Shown piece after piece: positions 52,778 to 64,000 of a stretch of 64,000 bases of DNA (the first letter of the stretch is position 1; each line of letters starts with the position of its first letter). The notes beneath the pieces are model-generated. The model did not search any database, was not told the origin of the DNA, and was given only the letters and a program-made list of their open reading frames with translations. This DNA comes from Marsupella aquatica (lineage: Eukaryota > Plantae > Marchantiophyta), in the NCBI GenBank assembly GCA_973895155.1, contig OZ316891.1:15655037-15719036 (forward strand), written 5' to 3'. Position numbers and translations under genes: made by a program.

Positions 52778-54706
52778 TATATGTGCAAGCTATTTAGTTT
52801 GACTGGGCACAGTCACTGTGAAATTGAGCAAGGCCTATAGTCACTATTTACCTAGTTTGGTCCTTCTAACCCGAAATCTCACTTTAGAATAACTCTTAGA
52901 AGAATATCTTGTACGACACATTAAGAGGGGATGGAGCTAAGTGGTGAGGTTGTCCCAAGTTCCACGACTGGAAATCATCAAGATAGCATCATCAAGAGGT
53001 AGAGGCAGCAATGACACAAGCAACAATTGTAAATTTAAGCAAGAGAAGTATGTAGTATGAGCGCCATGAGATAACTTCCTCCCCTTTTACTATTGAGATG
53101 TTTGGTGACTCAATTGTCAATTTAATGGGATCATTTGACATGCAACTTGAGACAGTCAAACACGTGTTGGTTCCACACAATCACCACTACTATTTGTTTT
53201 GACAACACACTTTTTGACAGTGGATTTAAGCCTTGAGTTATCCATTGTATATCTCTAGCATGGGTACTAGCTCGTGTGTCTGAGCAGTTGCGTGCCCCCT
53301 TAGTTGGATTACATCCATATCCCACTTGCAGACTTACTTACAACTCTAGATGTGATTAGATCATCACACTTTTACACTGATAAATTTGTTTCTTAGTTTT
53401 TCTTTTTCTAATTTGTTGGGGTTTGTATTTGCACTCTTGATGTGAGTTTTGGGTTTATCCTTGTGGACCTCTTTTACTTTTACTTGGTTGTAATTTGTTG
53501 GGCTCTTTTAATAAATTGGTCACTTTTCTATTCCAAACATTCATTGATAAATTTCACACACTCTAGCTATCCCATGTTTTGAATGATAGCCATGTATGTA
53601 TATCCAAGCTAACAAGGACCAAAAAATTGTTTTGGTTGAATTTACTAGCCAACAAGTTCTGCTGCCAAAGGAAAAGGGCCATACGGAGGCAAATAGTAAG
53701 TTGGATGTGGTCCATGGTGTCTTAAGCCATGTCTTAAGGCAATGCCCATAAACATCAATGTTTCATTGTGACCATAACCCAGGTGCCACAACCCAACAAG
53801 CTCAGAACCAATGACTTAGTCAATCAAAGTTGCCAGACAAGTGTTGTGATCCATTCAAGTATCAATTTACAGCTAAAAATTTCCCCACTTTTTTTTAATC
53901 TCTCAATAAAAACGATGCCTTCTTTATTTGACTCCCTTATACAATCACCCTTATGGTGTCATAGTTAATACCATGTAGTGCCATGTGAATCTGTTCAAAT
54001 ATACATTTTACTTAGGGGCCAAAAAAATGAATTGGGGGATTTTTAAATTTTTTATTTAATTCAAGAGGAATTCTGTGAAACCCCACAGAAAGGAAATATT
54101 AAGACACAACATTTGAACCCAATACCTGCAGTCTCTACTCAAGTGAACTACCACACAACCATGCCCATCTGGCGGGGGACATATGTTTTGATATTGAGAT
54201 GTGACTTGGAGAAAATGCAAGGCACGACTGAAGGTAAGGCACCAATTTGTGGACTTTCAAAACAGGCTTTGGCTCTAGTTTTTAGGGGCTAATATATGCC
54301 CATAAAAGTCTTTATAATACACTTCAAACCATAATACACTTCAAACCCTGAGTCAGAGATAATTTTGCTTTTACTAATTTTAGTAAAACTAAGTAATAAG
54401 AATCTTTATTTTCACTAAATTTAATAAAAGTAGAGGAGAATTTTACTTAAGAGGTGATCCAAATCTTGCCCACCCAAGAATGGAGAAGAATGGTTTCAGT
54501 TAGTTGCCCTGGGGATGAGCCTAAACCTTGTTCAATCCCCTCTCCACACTTAAGGGGCTAGGAGGGTTGTGTGTACATGTGGGTGGGGTGTAGTGGTGGC
54601 AGTCCTGGTTTCTGTTGAGCCCCTGGCTAGTCCCTTTGGGGCCCTGATTCAACCCTCTCTCCTTCCTGGTCTGGTCCCTTTGGGATCCTTTGGGTATTGT
54701 CTCTTT

Positions 54707-54809
54707 GTGGCTACCCTACATGAAATTACATGCTCCCGAGTAGAGTGTGTTGGATGGGTGGCTACCCTACATGAAATTACATGCTCCCGAGTAGAGTGTG
54801 TTTGATGGG
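54707..54809 (+). repeat. Near-exact 51-bp tandem duplication upstream of COG8
   Basis: GTGGCTACCCTACATGAAATTACATGCTCCCGAGTAGAGTGTGTT(G/T)GATGG at 54707 and 54758. Confidence 0.9.
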
Positions 54810-55169
54810 TCTACTTTCGGCTTTCAAGGCAAAATCGAAGGACCTCAAGTTCCAAAGAACGGCAGTCTGGAGTCAGGCTAGTATGTATAATTATGTAGGC
54901 GATTCTTGTGGAGCATAGTTATTTATCGTGTCCCGTTCTAGGTCATGTTTCCTTCAGACTTTCTAAGAAGGAGAGGTCATGATTGTGCTCTGTTAGATGT
55001 AAAGGCCGAGCGACTTCCTGACACACACAGACAGACAGAGAGGTCATGTTTCCTTTCAGCGTGAAGGCCGAACCAGTTTCCCAGAGAGAAAACGGAGGTG
55101 AAAGCTGACCGACTTTCCGAGAGAGAGAGAATTTGGACAGGGACGACATTCGTCACAAGTCTGATCGCA

Positions 55170-58100
55170 ATGAGCATGGCTGCGGTGATATCGCCATTGC
55201 CACTGGCGAATGCTTCCCAGCAAGGATATGTTTCGGAATTGCTGTCTTTCACGTTGGACCGTCTTCACAAGGTACCCATTTTTTCTAAAAGTCTTCGTCG
55301 TCCCTGTAGCTCTCCGCTAGCCAAGAACATAGATCAATGGTATCACGTCTAATTCTTAACTAGCTTAGCAGCATTGCATTTGGAATGTCAGATCTGTGTT
55401 CCTGTACGAGTATCGCAATACCAATGGCTTGGACGTCTGTTTCTTTGACTTGCGATCCGTCATTTTGTACCCCGTGTAGATAATCTGGGCTCATGTGGTC
55501 CTTGCTCAATTCAAAATTTAATTGCAAGCAGGAGCCGGATCTTCTAAGGGTAGACGCGGAGCGGATACGACGGCAAATGCAGGAGGTTGCGGTGGGACAC
55601 TACAGGGGATTTATAAGTGCAGCTGATGCGGTTCAGTCTATTAGTCAGGAAATTGCAGCCGTCGATCATCACTTGGAGGACTTGGTGGGCCATCAGCAAG
55701 AAATGCCTATTTAACGCCGAACCAATTTAGTGAATCCAATTTTTTGATGAGACGGCCTGCCTCAGCGCTCGCTGCCCGCTGACATTCATACGAAAAATGT
55801 TTTGTTGGAAATAATTGTCAACAACAATGGCTTGCGTGCCGAGATGACGATGCTTTAGTCCCTCAGTAAACCATTTAAAAAATGTTCATATCAGACCTAG
55901 CTTCACAATGTCGCAAAAGATTTATTACTTCTGATACTGAGTTTTGTCCAGATTGCAGAGGTTCCGAGGCTTACTAAAGGTTGCAATGATTTTATGGAGG
56001 AAGCACAGCAACTTTTGGAACATCATAAGCTTAATCGTACATTGCTGGCAAACCATAGTACCCTTCTGGATTTGCTCGAGATACCTCAACTGATGGATAC
56101 GTAAGGGTCACTGGTCCAGATTTCTTTTGACTTACTTTTCCTTCGCCGCTGTGTTTGAAGTTTGGTAGCGTTAGAGATAAATCTCAGACTCCCTGAAGCA
56201 CCCGATGCGACATGCCTACAGAATACAACCTGCCTGAAATTTGAGAGAAGCAGTCCTGACGGTAATCTTGGGGCACAGAAATGTTTATAATGGTGGGTGT
56301 GTAATTGACACAGATGTGTGCGAAATGGAAATTATGATGAAGCTCTTGACCTTGAAGCATTTGTTGCTAAGTTGGCAACTATGCATCCCAGGTACTTGCC
56401 ACCCATATCTTTGAGTTTGTGATGGTTGAAAATCTTAGCGTCGTGTTAATAGTATCCTGGATTGACAGGCTACAAGTCATTCAATCTCTAGGAGACGATG
56501 TGGGACAAACAACTAAGTCTCTCCTGGCACAAATTCTTCAACGATTGCGGTCTAACATTCAGGTAGGTAAGAGGTTTGAGACTGGGTTTCCTCTTCGTTG
56601 TGCACTTTACTAAGAGATGACTCCCGGTTCTTGCGACAATGAGACTTAAATTTCCAGGACTTCTGTGTTATGCATCTACAACGTCAAATACATGGTCTTC
56701 CGTTTCGCATTGCTGAAGGTTCTTTGTGTGAATGGTTCACCTTTAGCCTTAGGTATTGACTTCATCAGCGAGGGAGCTTCAAGGTGTGAGTAAGCGTTAT
56801 TCTTCATTTTTCGTATACGAGAGCAACAATCTGAGCTGTCTTTCATGTGATGAATAATTTAGACAATGCGATTTTCTGCAAGATCTTGTCAAACGTCTTA
56901 CTGTAGCTTGCAGTCTTTGGCAGTTGCCAGAATGCTTGCGACTTATTGGGTATTTGCGGCGTTTGGGAGTGTACAGTGAGCATGAAATGCGTCTACAGGT
57001 AAATTATCCTCAGAGGACTCATTCCTGGTGCCAGCTGCTGTCTAGAGTATAAAAGTAGGTAAGACAGATTGGAATTTATATCCGTAAATCATTGCTTATA
57101 TCGCAGTACTGAAGTTTGTTTCCTCTCATGACACAGTTTTTGAGGTGCAGAGAGGCATGGCTCACGGGTATGATTGATGATTTGGAGCATTCAAACCCTT
57201 ATGACTATCTCAAGAGGATGGCCGATTGCCATAAAGTGCATCTTTTTGATGTTGTGACCCAATATAGGGCCATATTTGCAGATGATGCATCTTACCTTGA
57301 AGAAAACAGTGATGGTGGGTTGCTGTACAGCTGGGCCATGCACAGAGTGATGTCGCACCTTGCTGTACTCCAAGATACACTTCCCAGAATAACAGAGGGT
57401 GTGTCTTTGGGCATCATACTTGAGCAGTCTATGGTAATGCCTTGCTTTTCTAAGAACTGCTAACTGAAAACTCGCTATTTTGCCATAGTGGATTGATTTT
57501 AATCTGACAATTAAAGAGTGATTTAGTTTCCTACCAAGGCTTTGCCGATACCTACATCTAAGTTCGTCAAGATATAGCTATACCTTTTGGTGACGGCTAC
57601 CTTCAACAAGTATAGTTTATGTACTGAATTGTATAACAATGTGGCTTTCTGGGGTTCTGGTTTGCTCAGTATTGTGGAATGAGTCTCGGTCGCGTGGGAC
57701 TTGATTTCAGGGGCCTTCTGCCACCGCTTTTTGAGCGGTAAATATTCAAGCTCAGTTTCTACTACAATTGCAATCCTTATAAGAACGTGTTCTGTTCTCG
57801 GCACTAGATCTCATTTTGTGGCTTGGCTCCTAGTTTTGAACCTGGTTTGAATTAAAAATTAGTAGTTTATTCATTAAAGTTTGAATTTGTGAGGCTATTC
57901 TTGCTGTGATGTTTCCAGATCTGTGCATCAGCTACTTCTGCGGAACATATCCATCACGATGGAGAACTTTCAGGTTTGAAACTCTTACATTTCAAACCGT
58001 GAGAAGCAGATGTGGTTGTCGTGCAATTCCCTCACTGGGTTCCTTTACTGAATTTGACCAAAAGGTTCTCGAAGTTCATTCTGTTAACTATGCGATATGC

Positions 58101-59214
58101 AGCATGTGTTGGATTCCCACCGATGGGTTCCTCTTCCACCTGTGGGACCGGGAGTTGGGGGTGATGCTGGTCTTGATGATATGTCTCCTCCATATTCCCT
58201 TATGGACCACCACCCTTTGGCTGTGTTTGTCAACGGTATGCGTTAGATATCTACCTTTTTCGTCCTCTTTGAGTCTCTGGGGGCATAAGTTTGGCCACAG
58301 GATGTTTCCTTTGGCAACTAATTTAATTGCTTGCGTGCAACCTATCATTCACTCATTTGTTTTAGATTAGTGTATTCTGACGCTGGCTGTACAAATGGCG
58401 ATTTCAGGTCTGCTAGCTGCCTTCAATGAACTCAGGCACTGTGCCCCGATGAACTTGAAGCAGCCCCTTGCTTTGGAAGTTAAGCATGTGCTGCAAAGCG
58501 TAGCTGATTCACTCCTGCGTTACAATGCAACCCGAATGCTTAGGGAAAATGAGTCGAACTTGTTTTTAGCAATGTGCCGAGCATTCATTGAGGTAACTCA
58601 AGCTCCTCATCTTTGTTGCTCTTACGTCAAGCTTGCTTTTGAGTTACCTTTTGAAACAGAATACATGGTACTGATTTATGCAGGGTTACCGTAATGGATT
58701 CATGCGAGAAATTCATTACCTCAAAACTAGGCATGATTTAAAGATACCTGCGGGGCCTTTCAGCTGTTGTATGTGTACCGCCATTATACGACTGTAATGT
58801 CTTTCCTAATCTTCTGGATACTGCTGCTTGACGGATAAACAGGTAGCTTGTCCCTATATCGTGCTCTGTTTTGGAAGATGCTACCCTGGAGGAGCAAGCT
58901 TGATTCAGGTTCAAGATGTTGTGGAGGGCCTTCGCCGGCTGGTTGTGACTACTACATATCAAGCACCAAGGGATAATGGAGTTAGTAAAGCATTTGAGGA
59001 AGTCAGAAGTAATTCGATTGCAGCTTTGTCCAGAGAAAGCTCATATGTACGAGGTACTGAAGACCTACATGCAAATGATTCAGAAACCCCGGAATTGGAA
59101 AATGGCTATAGCGAACTTCCAAAACAAGACTCAAATTATCCGGGACCTACACAATCAAATAGCGATGAAGCTGGCATCACCAGATTTTCTGGGGATGAAA
59201 CATTAGCGGCCTAG
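55170..59214 (+). CDS. COG8: Conserved oligomeric Golgi complex subunit 8 (Dor1 family), ~586 aa
   Basis: 12 GT-AG exons in phase (1761 nt): 55170-55271, 55532-55684, 55952-56100, 56314-56391, 56469-56562, 56924-56998, 57137-57433, 57670-57737, 57919-57973, 58103-58235, 58408-58592, 58843-59214. Motifs [82 protein letters not shown]. Confidence 0.95.
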
Positions 59215-60248
59215 GGTTGGTTCTGATTTGCTCTGTTAAACTAGAGTTTACAAAGAAAACCCTCTGGGTCTTGTATGCTTCATCTATGTGCTGGTCGAGG
59301 TTTTGCACCCAGACGCAGAGGCACTTGGATCACTTGGCCAAGCCTCCGCATTTCAAGGCTCAGTGCAGACTAATCTCAATACTTTTGTAACGAAACGAAA
59401 ATAGGCTTTCTTAAATGCATTCAATAAAAATTGATTTTAAGAAAGGCTACACAAAATTCCCGCATGTTGGTATCTCCAGTTGTTGGCTTCTGCCAAGTGG
59501 GGTGTTCACAATAGGTCCATGATCACAACTGGGTTTGCCAATTAGTACAGCCTGACCACCCCCGAGTCCCAAATGGGAGCATCTTGTGAATTACAAAATG
59601 GGTGACACAATCCAAGCAGTATTTACCTGGACCTAAGGGATATAAGGGGGTGAATCAAAGTGATTTGATTGACAGGGAAAGTGGTATCCCTTTCGATCAA
59701 AGTGACTTTGATCGAAAGGGAAAGTGGTATCCCTGGTGGAAAGTAACTGGCAAGGAGGGGACCAACGTGATTGAGGCAGTGGCTCTCACCATATTTTTGA
59801 GAGAATTTTACTGTAGGTTGAACTGTGTGCCGTAGGTAGCAAAAGTTAGGATCAAGCTCCATTGTGCTTGGTGGCAAGGGTAGTAATTGATGTGTTTAAT
59901 ATGCAGACACATACTACTTAGGGGCGACTTTACATGAGGATGACCCCAAGGCCATTCAGTTTCTTCCCACACCTAATGGATGGTCATCCAAATCATTTCA
60001 AACATGTTACCAATGTACATGAATCAATATCAAGAGGTTACTATCAAGGTGGGACCCAAGATCTAACACAACACAAAAATGGACCTGATTGCCATCAAAA
60101 GAAACCCCCAATGAGGTGGTGTGAAAAACTACCAGAATTGCCACCAACTAGGATTTCACAAGGCCCACCAAATGCCATGTAGGATTGGTTCCCCAACCCA
60201 AAAGGGACCCCTCTAAGTGACCCTTCAAACCACTCCATTCTTGTAATA

Positions 60249-61029
60249 CTAGTCAATACCCGTGCGTTGCACAAAAGATATTGTGTCGCCCAAGATGTTG
60301 TGAAAACAAAAGATGTTATTAGGAGTTAAGTTAGGGCGAGGCATGGGACCCGGGGTCTTGCACCTCATGTCTCAAGTCTCATCCGACCCCGGGATCTCGG
60401 GTCCAGGCGAGGGAGGGAGCTGTCTCCAGAGTTGGGGTTTGGTTGGCCCATAGGAGGGACTTCTCATCTGAGCGTCGGTGTGGAGTGGGATTGATTGGGG
60501 CACGGGATGGTTTGGTCGGGGGCGGCAGGAGTTGGGCCAGGGCTAAGTCAGCTCAGTCGTCGGCAGTGGCAGGAGTTGGGCCGGGGCAGAGTCAGGCTAC
60601 AGCCGAGGGGACTTGGGCCAGGCCTGGATTGCGTCCAAGGGGAGGGGAGGCATGGGTCGATAGGCCTGGATTGCGTCCAAGGGGAGGGGTGGCGGGGGTT
60701 AAAATCTGGTCCAAGCGCGACAAGGGCATGGGCAAGGGACAGTTAACCCAGCGGGCGAGTCGGGCAGGCGTCGCAGTCCCTGCTTGTCGCTCCCTCCTCC
60801 CCGCTCATTGCTCTATCTCCCTCCCTCTCCGTTTGTAATCTAGGTTGACTTTGTTGGTTACCGTTGGAACAATGATTAGGGCATCTGCATTATTTCCGTA
60901 ATATCCAGCCCTGACATGTTCCCGACACATTCAGAGTGCCATAACGTTGGGTCCTGACACAACATGGGCCATAATTCACGGTCCTAGCAAGGCCCCTGAC
61001 ACAAGAAGATTTGGTGCTCATTTAATAGA
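60249..61029 (-). mobile_element. Non-autonomous Helitron, copy 3
   Basis: Minus-strand 3' end TTTTGTGCAACGCACGGGTATTGACTAG|T, with short minisatellite units and internal blocks matching copy 2. The 5' end (TCTATTAAAT) is tentative. Confidence 0.65.
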
Positions 61030-61386
61030 ATTTGTATAGTCCACCCATTTTTGGATATTCCAATAGGCTAAACAGCCATGACGCAATTGTTTTTGTGAAA
61101 TACACTTTATTGAGGTGAAAATACACTTTATTGAATGCAAAACGAGTTTCTTGAAAAAAGAATTTCGTGAATAGACTTTACTGAAAGGGGATAGTGAATG
61201 ATCAACCCTGAAAACTTGCTACTGAAAACTTAGCAGGGGATCTGCAACTATTGATGGCCTATTATACCTTCAAAAGCTTCAAAAGTACAATCCAATCTTG
61301 GATATGACTATACTTGATTTTAGACTATCGATAAACCTACACTACCATATTTGATCAGCTGTTTTATTCTCTGTCCCTAATCTAAC

Positions 61387-62878
61387 TCATTTCTGGGCTA
61401 CTGTCTCGCTTGCTGCCTCCTTCTCCTCGTCCTTAGCTTGAACAATCTTGATGGTAACATTGCAATTCTGGAACAAATTATTAGCCAAGTTGTTGGCAAT
61501 TGAAGCAGCAGATGCATCTCCTCTGAGATACTTTGCTAACCCCTGATTAGCAAGAACCTCCTTGTCCCAATTGACTGATTCCAAATCTTGAAGAAACTCC
61601 TTACTCTTTTCATGAATGTCACTTACGCCCATGCCATCACCAGGTTTCTGTCACATAACCACTGACCTTTGTCAGTGTACAGAAAGACTACATAATAGCA
61701 ACGATGAAGCATATAACAAGTATAGATAATATTTGACCTGAATTGGCCCTGCAACTATTGCCAATTGCAAAGAACGTTTTTGGGTCACCCTCTCCACTAG
61801 AGGTGTGACTGCAGTCAAATCTACAAGGACCTGCACACTCTGATTTGATGATGAAGAAGCAGCACATCTTCCTCTCCCCCCATCAATCACACAGGTCAAA
61901 AGGTTCAAACTTGCAGCACTGCCTACAATGTTTTCTTCCACAAACTTCTTGGATACTTCCTGTAATGTAGACTCATAACTGATCATAAGATTTGATGCTA
62001 CTAGAGTGGCTGCTTCCATCTTGATAGCCTTGGTTCGATCATACCTTAGATACCCACTTATGGTATCATGCCCTGATATCAGCATGCCAACTTCATCAGG
62101 CACTCCCCTTGCAGCCATGCGTGTAATAAGACTTGCTCTGCCAGACCGATTACTGAACAACTTTGTAGGCAGACCCACTAACTTCAGCATATTCACAAGC
62201 CATGACCCTGCTCTCTCCTTTGACACCTTGTGAACCTTGTTGTACCAAATATTTCCAACCGGATTAGGAATAGCACCCATGAACAAGTCAGGTTTTGTCC
62301 CCTCTTCAAGCAGAGGCATGTGTCACACCATTCTAGGTAGTGTTAGAGTGTATTGTACTATCTAGATCCGTATGGTTGGTATGTGTGCTTTATGAGCCGA
62401 TAAGGTTCTGTTAGGTTTGTGTGAGAGGGTAGTTCTCTCTTGTGAGGCATCGAAAGGTTATCTTTTGATGTTGAGCCTTGGAGAGGAGAGCTTGGGTGGT
62501 GGCTATGGTGGCTGAGAGCTCTCTCTATGTAGCATGGATTCCTTGAGTGCAAGGTGCATTGGCTCGACATATGTGTGTGATCAAATCGGACGGATTGAAT
62601 GCATTTTGGTGTTGATCGTGGTTCATTCGGATTGAGATTATTGTGGGTTTTGGACATGTGTGGACATGAGTTCCACTACATTCCATTCTCTTGTGTTTGT
62701 GATGTGGCAGTGTGACTATGTCTGGATGTATGTGACAAGCGATGTATGTTGTATAGCAATGTGTATGCGCATGACACATGTGACGTAACTATTGTCTCAA
62801 TGTCAGCACAAAATCAGGTTCAAAGCTATGGAATACTTTCTGAAACTGCTCCTCATTGTATCTCTCAATAGTATAGGG
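61387..62878 (-). pseudogene. Crypton/DUF3504-like tyrosine recombinase gene, intron-containing, disrupted
   Basis: LFM..IP...WY...SNRSGRASLITRM..RGVP...MLISGH....YLRYDR matches the YR catalytic C-terminus (xxxR, GH, Y). Phase-0 intron 61648-61737 joins the last exon, which carries FQNCNVTI. Upstream part 62777-62878 is in frame once the solo LTR is removed, with one TAG. Confidence 0.7.
62321..62776. mobile_element. Solo LTR inserted in the tyrosine recombinase gene
   Basis: TGTCA...TGACA termini flanked by a CATG duplication (62317-62320 and 62777-62780). Confidence 0.8.
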
Positions 62879-62909
62879 TTTAAACCCTAAACCCTAAATC
62901 CTAAACCCT
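62874..62909 (-). repeat. Interstitial telomeric repeats with head-to-head palindrome
   Basis: TAGGGTTTAAACCCTAAACCCTAAATCCTAAACCCT. Confidence 0.8.
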
Positions 62910-63197
62910 CCTCCGCAACCTGCAATGTGTTGCCTGGCTGTTTTTTGAAGGAACTTGACTCTTGAAGTTGCAAGATTGTAGGGGTTGTTTGCTGCAAGCT
63001 GGTGTGTGCACATGCGCCATGTTTTGTGAATGGAAGAGCCCCCGAATGTTGCATTTTTTACATCTGATAACTGAACCTCGCATTTTTGTGAAGGAAGTAG
63101 CACCGGAAGTTGCTGCTTTTCCACCCGACGGGTCCGGATCCGAAAGTAGCCATCGTGTGCAGATCCGGATGACCGTCGTGGTCCGCAGATCCAAACC

Positions 63198-63430
63198 GTT
63201 GCATTTTTTGTGAGGGGAAATGGTGTTTTGTTTAGCTGAATGTTGCCAATCCAAGCCATCTCTCCGGTGTAGCAAAGCGTTGCGAGCATGAAGCGCTCAC
63301 TCTTTGGCTCATCTCGTGGACTGTTGCATTTTGTGAGGGGAAATAGTGTTTTGTTTAGCCAAACATTGCCGATCCGAGCCATCTCTCCGACGTAGCAAAG
63401 CGTTGCGGGCTCACTCTTTGGTTCATCTTG
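63198..63430 (+). repeat. Tandem duplication, ~125-bp unit x2
   Basis: GTTGCATTTT(TT)GTGAGGGGAAAT...GCCATCTCTCCG...GTAGCAAAGCGTTGCG...CTCACTCTTTGG repeated. Confidence 0.85.
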
Positions 63431-64000
63431 GTGTTTCAAGGCAACTCATGGTTATTCAGGATGAGGGGCGGAGCAAGAGCGGGCGGGCCAGCAAGCCAGC
63501 TTGCTGGTACGTGAGGAGAATTTGCAAGTGTTGCAATTTTGAGTGCTAGGTTTGGTGCATAATGACAAGTGAGAGGTCACCCATCCCAAAGCTATTTTCC
63601 CCTCATGCACTTAACTAGCTAGTTCTTATGTGGTGCATTGTACATGCTTCCTTCCACATTGGTGTCCAAGGAATGAGGCCCTAGGGGTTTTATGCACTTC
63701 TGAAATCCATCTAAATACTCCGTTTGAACTTGTTTGCGGTGGATCCTTGGATAATTGACATTGGTTCCTTGAGGCCTATTATGAAGGCCCTACATTGGAC
63801 ATTATGAACATTGTGTGATCGGTTTGTGATCACTCTTGGTATGGAGAGTTGGACCCTCTCCACACACGCTTCTTGTCTATGCGCCATGTTAGTGTTGTGT
63901 GGGCGCTTGATTCCATAGGAGTGATTCGGGTTTGCAAGCGGATATTCTAGTTGTGTTGTGTATTTCTCTCATGGTGATGTTGGAGTGAAGCCCAACACAC

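Noticed and set aside
57906-58370. 154-aa ORF inside COG8
   Set aside because: Off-frame read-through of two real COG8 exons and introns.
1-59214. U12 or non-canonical introns in the host genes
   Set aside because: All inferred introns are GT-AG and lack the GTATCCTT U12 donor.
62894-63439. 181-aa minus-strand ORF as the N-terminus of the recombinase
   Set aside because: It derives from a tandem duplication, stops in the telomeric repeats and has no YR features.

Overview
Eukaryotic land-plant nuclear DNA with GT-AG introns and plant-type genes. A bryophyte/liverwort origin is a guess from gene style, not shown. Four host genes can be assembled exon by exon with consistent intron phases. 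They are the 5' ~1175 codons of ferredoxin-dependent glutamate synthase (minus strand, running off the left edge), a PTPMT1/DSP8-type dual-specificity phosphatase, a small two-exon conserved plant protein, and COG8. Between them lie nested, decayed mobile elements: a PIF1-helicase relic split by a non-autonomous Helitron (three copies of this Helitron family), LTR remnants, a chromovirus integrase/chromodomain, an L1-like LINE, a ~310-bp foldback hairpin and several minisatellites. The most unusual item is an intron-containing Crypton/DUF3504-like tyrosine recombinase gene (61387-62878, minus). It is disrupted by a solo LTR and truncated at TTTAGGG telomeric repeats. A second TTTAGGG tract sits where the LINE ORF ends.
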